Assembly: GCA_019058245.1 (NCBI GenBank)
Contig: JAHPZJ010000019.1
Coordinates: forward strand, 46,697-110,696
Length of the DNA stretch: 64,000 bases
Reading direction: 5' to 3'
DNA from: Promethearchaeota archaeon
GTDB lineage: Archaea; Asgardarchaeota; Lokiarchaeia; Sigyniarchaeales; SOKP01
Within the stretch, counting starts at the first letter, position 1; each line of letters starts with the position of its first letter. Made by a program: the position numbers and the translations under genes. The notes beneath the pieces were generated by a model, which saw only the letters and a program-made list of their open reading frames with translations, searched no databases and was not told where the DNA came from. Positions 11,240-20,479 of this stretch are shown piece by piece.

Positions 11240-11244
11240 CACCT
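11240..11244 (-). promoter_or_regulatory. Shine-Dalgarno-like AGGTG upstream of the aIF5A ATT codon
   Basis: Minus strand reads AAAGGTGTAAAATC-ATT; 7-nt spacer. Confidence 0.55.
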
Positions 11245-11706
11245 TTAATATGATATACTATTAATAAGCTTTAATTTTCTATATTATTGTTTTATCATAA
11301 ATTTTTCTATTGTTTATATCTATTAATAAGAAGAAGGTCTTATTATTATTAAAAGATCTTTAAAAACCTGCTAAATAGTTCTTCTTTACGTTCAAAAAAT
11401 AGGAAACTCAATGTTTAACGATGTCTATTCAGGCGGGTTTCAAAAATATTCTCTTCAATTATTAATTGCTTCATATCTTTAAAATTATCATTAACTTTCA
11501 GAACATTAGAAGGTCTTTTAGTTTGTTTTTAATTCTACTCAATCATTGACTTTTTTTTATAAAATAAATTTTAACTTCTTAGAGTTAAGACTAAACTGCT
11601 TATCTTTTTTAAGATTTAAATTCACTATTGACAGAATAGTTTTTAAAAAATATTCAATTATAATTATAGATTTTTTAAAAAATATATAAAAATAGGTAAA
11701 TGGTAT

Positions 11707-12612
11707 ATGGCAGATGATATTGAAATAAAAGATGAAAAGATTTTCGGAGGTTGGAGAGCACCTGAAAATCTAATAAGAGAAGCAACTACGTCAATTCACG
11801 ATGATAATGTAGCTAAAAGTGTTGGTATGCGTGGCGGAACGATACAAGGAACTTTACATTTAAGTATGTTTGCTCCATTGGCCCTAAAATTATTTGGTGA
11901 ACGCTGGTTTGAGCAAGGAACTGTTAGTATGTATTACACATATGCAACAGTCGACAAGGAAGAAGTGAGAGCAATTATTGAATTACCTCCAGGTACAAAT
12001 GAAGAAATGTTGCCTATTTCAACTAAAGATGAGCAATTTAAAGCATGGGCAGAATTGAAAAATGGACAACAGATAATGACTGGTACAATATCAATAGGCT
12101 CACCTAAGGAACCGTCATATTTACAAGCTATAGAATTAAAAAATAGTAAACCAGAGGAATTACGTATTTTAGCTGGATATAAAGTTGGGGAGGAATTACC
12201 TTCTAAAGAGATCTTACTCACACAAGAAGAAGCCAATAGTGGAGTAAAAAGAATTACAGACCAATTGGATTATTATACAAATAAAGATAAAGCTCCTTGG
12301 AAAAGTACAATTTTTTATCCTACAGTATTGTTCGAAGTAATGGCATTGGGTTATGGGGAAACTAGTACTGAGGAATTTAATGCAGTTCCATTCTATGGAG
12401 CAACTGAACTGAGGTATATAAATGGACCAGCATTTATTGGTGTTCCGTATATTGCTAAAGGGAAATATGTTTGTATTGGTGTTTCTGCAAAAACAGAATA
12501 CTTTTGGCTCGATTCTACATTAGAAGAAAAAGAAACAGGAAAACTAGTAGCTTCAATGCGCCACTTGAATCGTTTCATGAAAGCAGGATCACCACACTAT
12601 AAAGATCAGTAG
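11707..12612 (+). CDS. Putative double hotdog-fold (MaoC-like dehydratase) protein
   Basis: SIHDDNVAKSVGMRGGTIQG resembles the hydratase-2 motif (NPIH.D...A...G....IAHG); a second hotdog-like half follows. Confidence 0.6.
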   Translation: MADDIEIKDEKIFGGWRAPENLIREATTSIHDDNVAKSVGMRGGTIQGTLHLSMFAPLALKLFGERWFEQGTVSMYYTYATVDKEEVRAIIELPPGTNEEMLPISTKDEQFKAWAELKNGQQIMTGTISIGSPKEPSYLQAIELKNSKPEELRILAGYKVGEELPSKEILLTQEEANSGVKRITDQLDYYTNKDKAPWKSTIFYPTVLFEVMALGYGETSTEEFNAVPFYGATELRYINGPAFIGVPYIAKGKYVCIGVSAKTEYFWLDSTLEEKETGKLVASMRHLNRFMKAGSPHYKDQ

Positions 12613-12818
12613 TTATTCGTGAGGTTTCAAACTAATCTATTTTTTTATTCAACTTTTTGATATTTTAAGATAAAATTCAAATTTGAGAGAGAAAAGTTAA
12701 AAAAAATTTGTGAAAAAAGTAACTTTTTGGTGTCTTTGCTTCACAGTCCAAAGAATTTAATCAAATGATGAAAGTTTTATTTAATTTCCAATTCAATTAT
12801 CATAAAAGGTGAACTTTT

Positions 12819-13898
12819 TTGACGTTAAAAACTAATATTACCGAAATGTTTGGAATTAAGCACCCAATCGCAAATGCTGCAATGGGTCCTTACAGAACAA
12901 ACGAGATGGCTATAGCAGTCGCAGATGCGGGTGCTCTAGGGATGATTTCACACACAAACCAATCTATGGATGGTAGGGAAGAAACTGCATTAGCAGCAAT
13001 GAAAAAAAATCTTGATTATGTTGTAGAACATACAGATGGGATTTTTGGGTTTAATATAAGGACTTCGAGATTAACAACAGATTGTGACAAATTAATTTCA
13101 GAAACCGCAAAGCATATAATGGCGAATCCTAAATTAAAAGAACAATGTCTCTATGCCCTTACTAGTGCGGGTTCGGCAACAAGAATGGCCCAGAATCCAG
13201 ATTTCAAGAAATTGAGGGAAATCTCACAGGTTAAGCACTTCCATGTTGCCCCTGCACTCTGGTTGGCAGAAAAATGTGTGAACGCGGGATGTGACGGGCT
13301 TGTAGTAACTGGGTTTGAAGGTGGTGGACATCAATCATATGAAAAAGTTGGAGGATTAGTATTATTGCAGCAAGTACAACAAAAATACCCAGATATTCCA
13401 AAAATCGCATGTGGTGGATTTGCTACTGGTAATGGTCTTGCTGCAGCCCTAGCTATTGGGGCAGGGGGCATTTCCATGGGATCGAGATTTATTGCATCAA
13501 TTGAGAGTGAATTCCATGAAAAATACAAGAATGTCGTTCCCCCTGCAAAAGCTCAAGATACTGTTGTGAGAACAGGTTCTTTGGGAACCATCAGACTCTG
13601 GAAGAACAAATTTGCAATGGCAAAAGGATTAGTAAAGAGTAAAGAAGAAAAAATGGCTGAAGAAAAAGCTAAGGAGGAACATAGAACTGAAATTTCAAAA
13701 GAAGAACTTATGGAAGAATTAAGAAAAGATACAATTGCCCAATATGCGGTTTATGAGGGTGATATGGATAATGGGTATATATTATTAGGGCAGAGTATAG
13801 GTATTGTAAACCAAATAGACAGTATTCCCGATATTATCGAAACTGTTGTTAAAGACGCAGAAAAAGCACTAAAAAAAGCTGTAACGTATGTAGAATAA
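12819..13898 (+). CDS. Nitronate monooxygenase/FabK-type flavin oxidoreductase
   Basis: GIKHPIANAAMG, TGFEGGGH, ACGGF..G.G, MGSRF, GQSIG. Confidence 0.88.
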   Translation: MTLKTNITEMFGIKHPIANAAMGPYRTNEMAIAVADAGALGMISHTNQSMDGREETALAAMKKNLDYVVEHTDGIFGFNIRTSRLTTDCDKLISETAKHIMANPKLKEQCLYALTSAGSATRMAQNPDFKKLREISQVKHFHVAPALWLAEKCVNAGCDGLVVTGFEGGGHQSYEKVGGLVLLQQVQQKYPDIPKIACGGFATGNGLAAALAIGAGGISMGSRFIASIESEFHEKYKNVVPPAKAQDTVVRTGSLGTIRLWKNKFAMAKGLVKSKEEKMAEEKAKEEHRTEISKEELMEELRKDTIAQYAVYEGDMDNGYILLGQSIGIVNQIDSIPDIIETVVKDAEKALKKAVTYVE

Positions 13899-13989
13899 CT
13901 CTACTTTTTGTTATTAATCAAATCTTTTTTTTTATACATAATTTTGAATTCTATATTTTGATTGGGTTATTTCAATAGAAATTTTAAGA

Positions 13990-14013
13990 AAATCAGAATC
14001 TGAATTTACTTTT
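13990..14013 (+). repeat. Direct repeat, copy 1
   Basis: AAATCAGAATCTGAATTTACTTTT; 22/24 identical to 19534-19557. Confidence 0.65.
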
Positions 14014-14355
14014 CCATCCAAATTTCACAGAAAATTGGGACAAAATTTAAAAAAGTACTAATCTTGTATCTCTTTTTATTATTTGATAATAGATCGTGGA
14101 GTATCTCTGAAGCCACACACTTCCAGCACTTTTTGAGAATCCACTAATGGCAATTACCACCGTTGACTTAAAATCGAAAATTTTAGAAAGACTGAAAGAA
14201 AAATACGTTGAAAAATAAAAAACCCTTCACCAATAATAATATCTAACTTTTTAGTAAAATCTATGACTTAAAAATTATTAATGAATTCTATTTATATTGT
14301 AAATTTTTATCTTATATTAGAAATTACTGTAAAAATTAAATTTGGGAAAGTATTC

Positions 14356-14796
14356 ATGAGCTTTAGAATTGAAAGTAAAGAACAATTTGTCGAATTATGG
14401 ACTAATATTTACAATACCGAAGGTAAACCTGATTGGTCTCATATCCTCCCATATTATGACAATAAGATATATTTTCGCGATTCTATTCAAGAAATTCGAG
14501 GTATAAAAGAATTTAAAGCTATGACTGTACGATTAGTTAAGCGATCTAAAAATTTAAGAATGAAAATAGTCAATATTCTTTTTGAAGGGAATATCATTTT
14601 TTTTGAATGGGAGATGGGATTAAGTTTTAAGAAAACTCCTGATTCGAAGGTATTAGGGGCAAGTCGCCTGATATTGAATGATAATGGAAAAATAATCTCC
14701 CAAAGGGATTATTACGATCTCTGGGGGGATATTTTCGATAATATTCCATTTTTAGGTAAAGGATATCGAAAGTTCATGAGGAAAATGTTCGGGTGA
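14356..14796 (+). CDS. NTF2/SnoaL-like protein
   Basis: YF.DSIQ.I.G..EF, FEWEM, GKI..QRDYYD; ATG at 14356 preferred. Confidence 0.8.
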   Translation: MSFRIESKEQFVELWTNIYNTEGKPDWSHILPYYDNKIYFRDSIQEIRGIKEFKAMTVRLVKRSKNLRMKIVNILFEGNIIFFEWEMGLSFKKTPDSKVLGASRLILNDNGKIISQRDYYDLWGDIFDNIPFLGKGYRKFMRKMFG

Positions 14797-15731
14797 ATCA
14801 CTTGAATAAATATTTAACACAATACAGGATATCAAATATTAAGGCAATGCTTCGCAATAATAAGGCAGAGCCATTGGAATGTCAAGATGATTTTAATGGA
14901 CATTTAGTGGCTATAACTGGCGCCACATCTGGAATTGGATATGTAACTGCACGAGAATATGCTTCACACGGAGCTAATCTGTTAGTGATTAATCGAAATG
15001 AAGAAAAAACGCTTAATCTGTGTGAAGAAATTAATCGAGATTTTGGTGTAGAATGTGATTTCATGCTTGCGGATTTTACGCACATTTCCGAGGTGAAGAA
15101 AGTTGGCGAAGAACTCGCAAATTCCGATTTGAATATTGATGTGTTCATTCATAACGCAGGTGTCTATTTAACCGAGAGAACGATCTCTGACGATAGTCTT
15201 GAGATGGTTTTTCAAGTGGATCATCTCGGTTCCTTTATTATAAATTACATTTTAAAGGATAAACTTAAAGCCCAGCAAAAATGCAGGATTATATTAGTAA
15301 ATTCTGAGGGTCACCGTTTTGCTATTCTTGGTTTGAAATTAGATGATCTCAACTGGGAGAAGCGCCGCTATTCGGGACTCAAAAGCTATGGATCAGCAAA
15401 AACTGCCCAACTTCTGACAATGATCAAATTTAATGATTTCTTCCAAAATAGTGGCGTGACGATTAACGCAATGCATCCTGGTAATGTAAAAACCACTATG
15501 GGAGAAAATAGTACTGGATTATTCCAGAGGGTTTTCATCGAACCCTCCTACAGATCGCCAATGATATCCGCTAAATCCTTATATTATCTTGGAGTTTCGA
15601 AGGATATTGAGGGCGTGAGTGGTAAGTTTTTCAACCTCACTTACGAAGAGGAGCCCGCACCTCCTGTCTTGGACCGAGAAGTCGCAAAAAAGATGTGGGA
15701 TTTAAGTATAAAATTAGGCAGATTAGCATGA
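14793..15731 (+). CDS. Short-chain dehydrogenase/reductase (retinol dehydrogenase-like)
   Basis: TGATSGIG, HNAG, YGSAK (YxxxK), MHPG.V.T; GTGA overlap with the upstream gene. Confidence 0.9.
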   Translation: MNHLNKYLTQYRISNIKAMLRNNKAEPLECQDDFNGHLVAITGATSGIGYVTAREYASHGANLLVINRNEEKTLNLCEEINRDFGVECDFMLADFTHISEVKKVGEELANSDLNIDVFIHNAGVYLTERTISDDSLEMVFQVDHLGSFIINYILKDKLKAQQKCRIILVNSEGHRFAILGLKLDDLNWEKRRYSGLKSYGSAKTAQLLTMIKFNDFFQNSGVTINAMHPGNVKTTMGENSTGLFQRVFIEPSYRSPMISAKSLYYLGVSKDIEGVSGKFFNLTYEEEPAPPVLDREVAKKMWDLSIKLGRLA

Positions 15732-17329
15732 CGACTACAAGCCATGAAGTTATCATTGTAGGAGCAGGGATGGCAGGGTTAACCGCTGCAGCCTATTTAT
15801 CAAGGGCAGGACATGATGTTCTTTTAATTGAAAAGAACGAGAATTGTGGTGGCCTACTAAATTCAATCCAAAAAGATGGTTTTGTTTTTGATACTGGTCC
15901 GAGGTCAATTGAAAACTCGGGAGCCGTGCGACCCTTGTTAAATGACCTTGGAATTTCACTTGAACTCCTTAAAAGTCCAGTTTCGATTGGAATTGAGAAT
16001 GAAATTTTACACTACACGTCAAACGAAAGTATATATGAGTATCAGTCCCTATTAGAAAAGCTGTATCCCGATAACAAAGAGGAGATTGCCGCAATTTTCT
16101 TGTTAATCGAAAAAATCTTGAAAGACATGGCCATTCTAAACGAGATTGATAATCCGATTTTCAGAGACATGAAAAACGATATAGGTTATCTTGTTAAGGA
16201 ACTTCTTCCGTATCTTGGCAAGTTCCTTCTTGTTATTCGCCGGATAAATCGAAGGAAGGATCCGGTTGAAGACACACTAAAAAAAATGACTTCAAACCAA
16301 TCACTTATCAATATTATGACGCAACATTTCTTCAAGAGTACGCCTACTTTTTTTGCCCTAGGATATTTTCATACTTACCTTGACTATTTTTATCCGAAGG
16401 GGGGTACGGGAAAAATTCCAGAAGGCGTCATGCAAAAAATCATTGACTGGGGAGGATCAATTTTATATGGTACAGAAATACACGAGATCATTCCTTCTGA
16501 AAACAAGTTAACTGATATCGATGGAAACACGTTTAACTATGAAAAACTTATTTGGTGTGCGGATTTGAAATCTTTATATCGATTTCTTAAATTCCATGAT
16601 TTAGAGGAAAAAGTTTCTCACAAGATATCAATTCAAAAAGATAAATTACTATCGAATCGAGGCGGAGATTCAGTCTTTTCTTTATTCCTAGGGATAGATG
16701 AACCTCTCGACAAATTTCAATCGATTTCGAACGGTCATTTTTTTTATACTCCATTAAAAAAAGGTTTAGGCGAATCAACTTGGACTAAATTAAGAACAAT
16801 TATTAAGAATTTCGAAAAAACTCCCAAAGAAGCCATTATACATTGGTTGGACGGGTATTGTCAACTGAATACATATGAGATTTCCATTCCAGGGCTTAGA
16901 GATCCCACCTTAGCTCCAAAAGGAAAGACTGGATTAATTGTGAGCATTCTCTTTGAATATGATCTCATGAAAAAAGTCCAAGAGGGAGGATGGTATGAAG
17001 AATTCAAAAAAGAAGTCGAAAATCGTATTTTAGAGATTTTATCAAAATCCATATACCCTAAAATCAAGGATAAGATTCTCTTTCGTTTCTCCTTAACACC
17101 CGTCAGCATTTCAAACAGAGTAGGAAGTTCTGAAGGAGCAATAACTGGTTGGACGTTTGAAAATCCCATCCCTGTGGTTCAAAATATTCTTAAAATGACT
17201 AAATCTGTAAAAACTCCTATTCCAAATATACTCCAAGCTGGTCAATGGGTATATAGTCCTTCTGGAATACCCATTGCGATCCTTACAGGATTGGCAGCAG
17301 CTAAGAAGATAATGAAAAATAATAAATGA
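15728..17329 (+). CDS. Phytoene desaturase-like FAD-dependent oxidoreductase
   Basis: GAGMAGL...EK...GG, FDTGP, YPKGG, DPTLAPKGK, AGQW; ATGA overlap at 15728. Confidence 0.88.
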   Translation: MTTTSHEVIIVGAGMAGLTAAAYLSRAGHDVLLIEKNENCGGLLNSIQKDGFVFDTGPRSIENSGAVRPLLNDLGISLELLKSPVSIGIENEILHYTSNESIYEYQSLLEKLYPDNKEEIAAIFLLIEKILKDMAILNEIDNPIFRDMKNDIGYLVKELLPYLGKFLLVIRRINRRKDPVEDTLKKMTSNQSLINIMTQHFFKSTPTFFALGYFHTYLDYFYPKGGTGKIPEGVMQKIIDWGGSILYGTEIHEIIPSENKLTDIDGNTFNYEKLIWCADLKSLYRFLKFHDLEEKVSHKISIQKDKLLSNRGGDSVFSLFLGIDEPLDKFQSISNGHFFYTPLKKGLGESTWTKLRTIIKNFEKTPKEAIIHWLDGYCQLNTYEISIPGLRDPTLAPKGKTGLIVSILFEYDLMKKVQEGGWYEEFKKEVENRILEILSKSIYPKIKDKILFRFSLTPVSISNRVGSSEGAITGWTFENPIPVVQNILKMTKSVKTPIPNILQAGQWVYSPSGIPIAILTGLAAAKKIMKNNK

Positions 17330-17361
17330 GGTTTTAACCCAAACTTATAGATAGAGTCTTC

Positions 17362-18366
17362 TTAGAAAATTAGCAACAATACAATTATACTGATAAGTAC
17401 TAGGTAAGAAATTAAGACCATTCGATAAATAGGTTTTTTTATATCATCACCTGACATGGCTTTAAATCCTGTTCTGCTAAGGAAAGACTTTATTTGAAGA
17501 TCTAAGTCCTTTTGATTTTTAACCGCATACTTTTGCAGATCCTGCTTAATAATGAAGTGCTGACTATAAGGAAAAATAATAGCGTTTACTGGCTTATTAG
17601 GATCAATAATATTACCAAGATACGTGTTTGCTTTGATTGAAACATGTTCTAAAGGTATGTTTATCGCTTCTTTCACCATATCTATGTCAAAAATCAGGCT
17701 GAAAGGCTCTGAAAAATCACTTTTTATCTCACCACCATAATCGACATTAAGATTTCCTTCAATCCAGAGAGATTCATCCAATTCCCTTGAATCACCTTTT
17801 TCTAAGTCAACCGATACAATGAATTCTTTATTGTTGGTGCGATTCTTAATATCAACCAGTAACTTCCCAAAATATGTGGTTGTATACAAGGCTGGATCAC
17901 AAGTGTATCCACAAAATCCATTCTTTGGGTCATAGCTGTTAGTATTCGTTTCATAATCACAAATGATCCAAGATAACAGCCCGGTTTCTTTGTTGCGAGC
18001 AATAATATAAAACTCGACTCTCATGCCTATAAATCCCGATGTTCGAGTGCTAAATACGCTTGCAATTGCCAAGGGAAACTTTGAATCGTTCTTAAAAAGT
18101 GAGGTTTCTGCTAGTTCATATCCATTGGGGAGCATCTCTTGTGCTGCTGAAGTATTTGTTATCTTAAAAGAGATAAATAAACTATAGGGATCTACTATGA
18201 ATCCCATATAAGGAACTTTTTTCTTGCCACTCTGTGCAAATTTATGTTGTGTTTTTTTAGGAAGAGATTTACTGAAACTGCTCAAAAAACTAATGGCAGT
18301 TACATCTTGAGGCTTTACAAGAGATTCTATCTTTTTTATAAAATTCCTTTTTTCTTCTTGGTTCAT
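17362..18366 (-). CDS. Acetoacetate decarboxylase-like fold protein with C-terminal TM anchor (paralog 1)
   Basis: 334 aa; QEMLPNGYEL and GMRVEFYIIA pattern; hydrophobic C-terminal tail. Confidence 0.6.
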   Translation of the reverse strand: MNQEEKRNFIKKIESLVKPQDVTAISFLSSFSKSLPKKTQHKFAQSGKKKVPYMGFIVDPYSLFISFKITNTSAAQEMLPNGYELAETSLFKNDSKFPLAIASVFSTRTSGFIGMRVEFYIIARNKETGLLSWIICDYETNTNSYDPKNGFCGYTCDPALYTTTYFGKLLVDIKNRTNNKEFIVSVDLEKGDSRELDESLWIEGNLNVDYGGEIKSDFSEPFSLIFDIDMVKEAINIPLEHVSIKANTYLGNIIDPNKPVNAIIFPYSQHFIIKQDLQKYAVKNQKDLDLQIKSFLSRTGFKAMSGDDIKKPIYRMVLISYLVLISIIVLLLIF

Positions 18367-18392
18367 TTACATAATCCTTGTTTTTTTTTAAA

Positions 18393-19397
18393 TTATAGAT
18401 TAATTATCAATAAAATAATTAGGGAAATAAAGATTATCATAAATAAAGAGATTCCCATTAATAACATTATCTTTATACTTCTTGTTGAGAAGGTTTTCAT
18501 TTCTTTCATATTTGCAATTTTATTATAATTCTCGATCATGTCATTGATATTTTTGATATAGGTACGACAGCCTGGACTGTCGGCAATATAATGCTGAGCG
18601 AAGGGGAAACACAACGCCTTGCATAGTTCCGGCTCGGCTAAATCTGGGAAAAGTGTATTAAACTCTATGTGAATATCCTCAATAGGAATTTCTAAAGCTT
18701 TTTCAACTTCAGCAGGATCAAATATTACGGCAAGTGTATCATCTTTATTATCTGAAAATTTTTTACCGTGACCAATCGATGTATTTCCTATTACCCAAAG
18801 GGGTTGATCAAGGCTGCGGATTTTTCCATTGGTAATATTACCCGTTAAGATTATCTGTCGGTCAGTTGTGTCTTCTTTAAAATCCAGTAGTATTTCTCCC
18901 TTTGAGCTAGTCGTATATATAGCATTTTTACTATTTCTATCTGCAACTCCTACTGAAGGGAGAGCAATTATTGTATTGCTCAGAATATCGATAAAAATCC
19001 AGGATATAAGACCGGTTTCTTTATCTTCCGCAACGAGATATACTTCTAGCCTAGAACCCCAAAAAGTACTTGCTCGAGTATTGAAAACTCCCATTCCTAA
19101 ATAGTGATCTGGTTCTTCATCAGCAAAAATTCTGGTCTTTTTCAACTCATAGCGTTCTGATAATAATTTTTTTGCTTTTTCGATATTTTTAAGCTTAAAG
19201 AATAAAAACATACTATAAGGTTCAATTACAAAACCCATGTAGGGAGTCTTTTTTGAAGTCTTAATTAATAGCTTTTTAAAAAGGGAGCGAGGCAAAAGCC
19301 GTTTGAATGTTTGGAAGAAATACAAAAAGCTAACTTCCTTTGGATCAATTAAGCTTTCCACATTTCTGATAAATTTTTCATCATCTATAATTTTCAT
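18393..19397 (-). CDS. Acetoacetate decarboxylase-like fold protein with C-terminal TM anchor (paralog 2)
   Basis: 334 aa; shares PYMGF...PYS.F, TR.S.F.G.R.E.Y, ETGL.SWI and FP..QH with paralog 1. Confidence 0.6.
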   Translation of the reverse strand: MKIIDDEKFIRNVESLIDPKEVSFLYFFQTFKRLLPRSLFKKLLIKTSKKTPYMGFVIEPYSMFLFFKLKNIEKAKKLLSERYELKKTRIFADEEPDHYLGMGVFNTRASTFWGSRLEVYLVAEDKETGLISWIFIDILSNTIIALPSVGVADRNSKNAIYTTSSKGEILLDFKEDTTDRQIILTGNITNGKIRSLDQPLWVIGNTSIGHGKKFSDNKDDTLAVIFDPAEVEKALEIPIEDIHIEFNTLFPDLAEPELCKALCFPFAQHYIADSPGCRTYIKNINDMIENYNKIANMKEMKTFSTRSIKIMLLMGISLFMIIFISLIILLIINL

Positions 19398-19533
19398 ATT
19401 TTATAAAACCTTCAAAAAAAAAAATAATTCCCTATATTAAAGTATTTATCAAATTTTATATTAATGATAATAATTATTGATGGAGGAAGAAAAATATTAT
19501 TTTAATAAACTCAATTTTTTCACTTAATTTGTG

Positions 19534-19557
19534 AAATCAGAAACAGAATTTACTTTT
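19534..19557 (+). repeat. Direct repeat, copy 2
   Basis: AAATCAGAAACAGAATTTACTTTT; 22/24 identical to 13990-14013. Confidence 0.65.
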
Positions 19558-19607
19558 TTAATCCTAATCCATTTGAGATTAAGAAAAAATTTGAAAAAAT
19601 CGAAATT

Positions 19608-20171
19608 TTAGTATCTTGATCTTTCTCTACCTATTGTAGAATGACCACCATGCCCTGGATATATTTTAAACTCATCCGAAATATTGTTATAATTTAAAAT
19701 TTTTTTAATACTAGCTATTAAATTATCATAATTTGTAAGCTGCCATGGTATTCTACCACGCAATAGTGTATCTCCGGTAAAGATAAGCTTATTTTTATAA
19801 TCTATCAACATTATATCACTGTTAGTGTGGCCTGGAGTTTCAATTACATGAAGAGACTCTATTCCAATTTCAATCACATCATTTTCCTTAATAAAATGAA
19901 TATTTTCAGCTTTTCTTATCCCAAAACTATTGATTAATAGCGGAATATTAAAATAATCCATGATATCAAACGCACATTGAATATGGTCATGGTGTGGATG
20001 AGTACCTATTAAATAAACTGGTATATAGCCTTCTCTATTAATTACGCTTATAATATTATGTGAATCAATTCCAGGATCAATAATCCCAACTTCTTTTGTA
20101 TTATCATCACCATAAAGATAACAATTAGTTCTAAATCTACCACTCACTATCAATCGGTTTAAAATAATCAT
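19608..20171 (-). CDS. Metallo-beta-lactamase-fold hydrolase (glyoxalase II-like)
   Basis: TNCY, IDPG, THPHHDH, TPGHT, FTGD, PGHG. Confidence 0.92.
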   Translation of the reverse strand: MIILNRLIVSGRFRTNCYLYGDDNTKEVGIIDPGIDSHNIISVINREGYIPVYLIGTHPHHDHIQCAFDIMDYFNIPLLINSFGIRKAENIHFIKENDVIEIGIESLHVIETPGHTNSDIMLIDYKNKLIFTGDTLLRGRIPWQLTNYDNLIASIKKILNYNNISDEFKIYPGHGGHSTIGRERSRY

Positions 20172-20479
20172 TAATCACTGATTTAATCGATATTTATAAT
20201 TTAAAAAAACTCTACTCAATACAAATAGTTTTTTCGAAATTAAAAATTATTAAAAATTTTACTTATTTTCAACCATGATATATTACCTTGATACTAAATT
20301 TAATATCTCATTTCTCCTAGTAGACAATTTCTAATACACCTTAGTTTATTCTTTCTCATCCAAAATTTTTTAATTTTGAGATTTCTTTTAATGTATATTA
20401 GATTATAATTATTGAAAAAAAAATATTGATTTTAGAGAATTTATTCAAGTACACTAAAAAATTTTAAAACTGGGAAGTA

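Noticed and set aside
11250-11700. Long AT-rich intergenic region as a possible ncRNA
   Set aside because: No stable stems or box C/D motifs found; consistent with divergent promoters
14090-14218. Short open frame ending ...MAITTVDLKSKILERLKEKYVEK just inside the left repeat
   Set aside because: Could be a gene remnant, but it is too short and no family is recognisable
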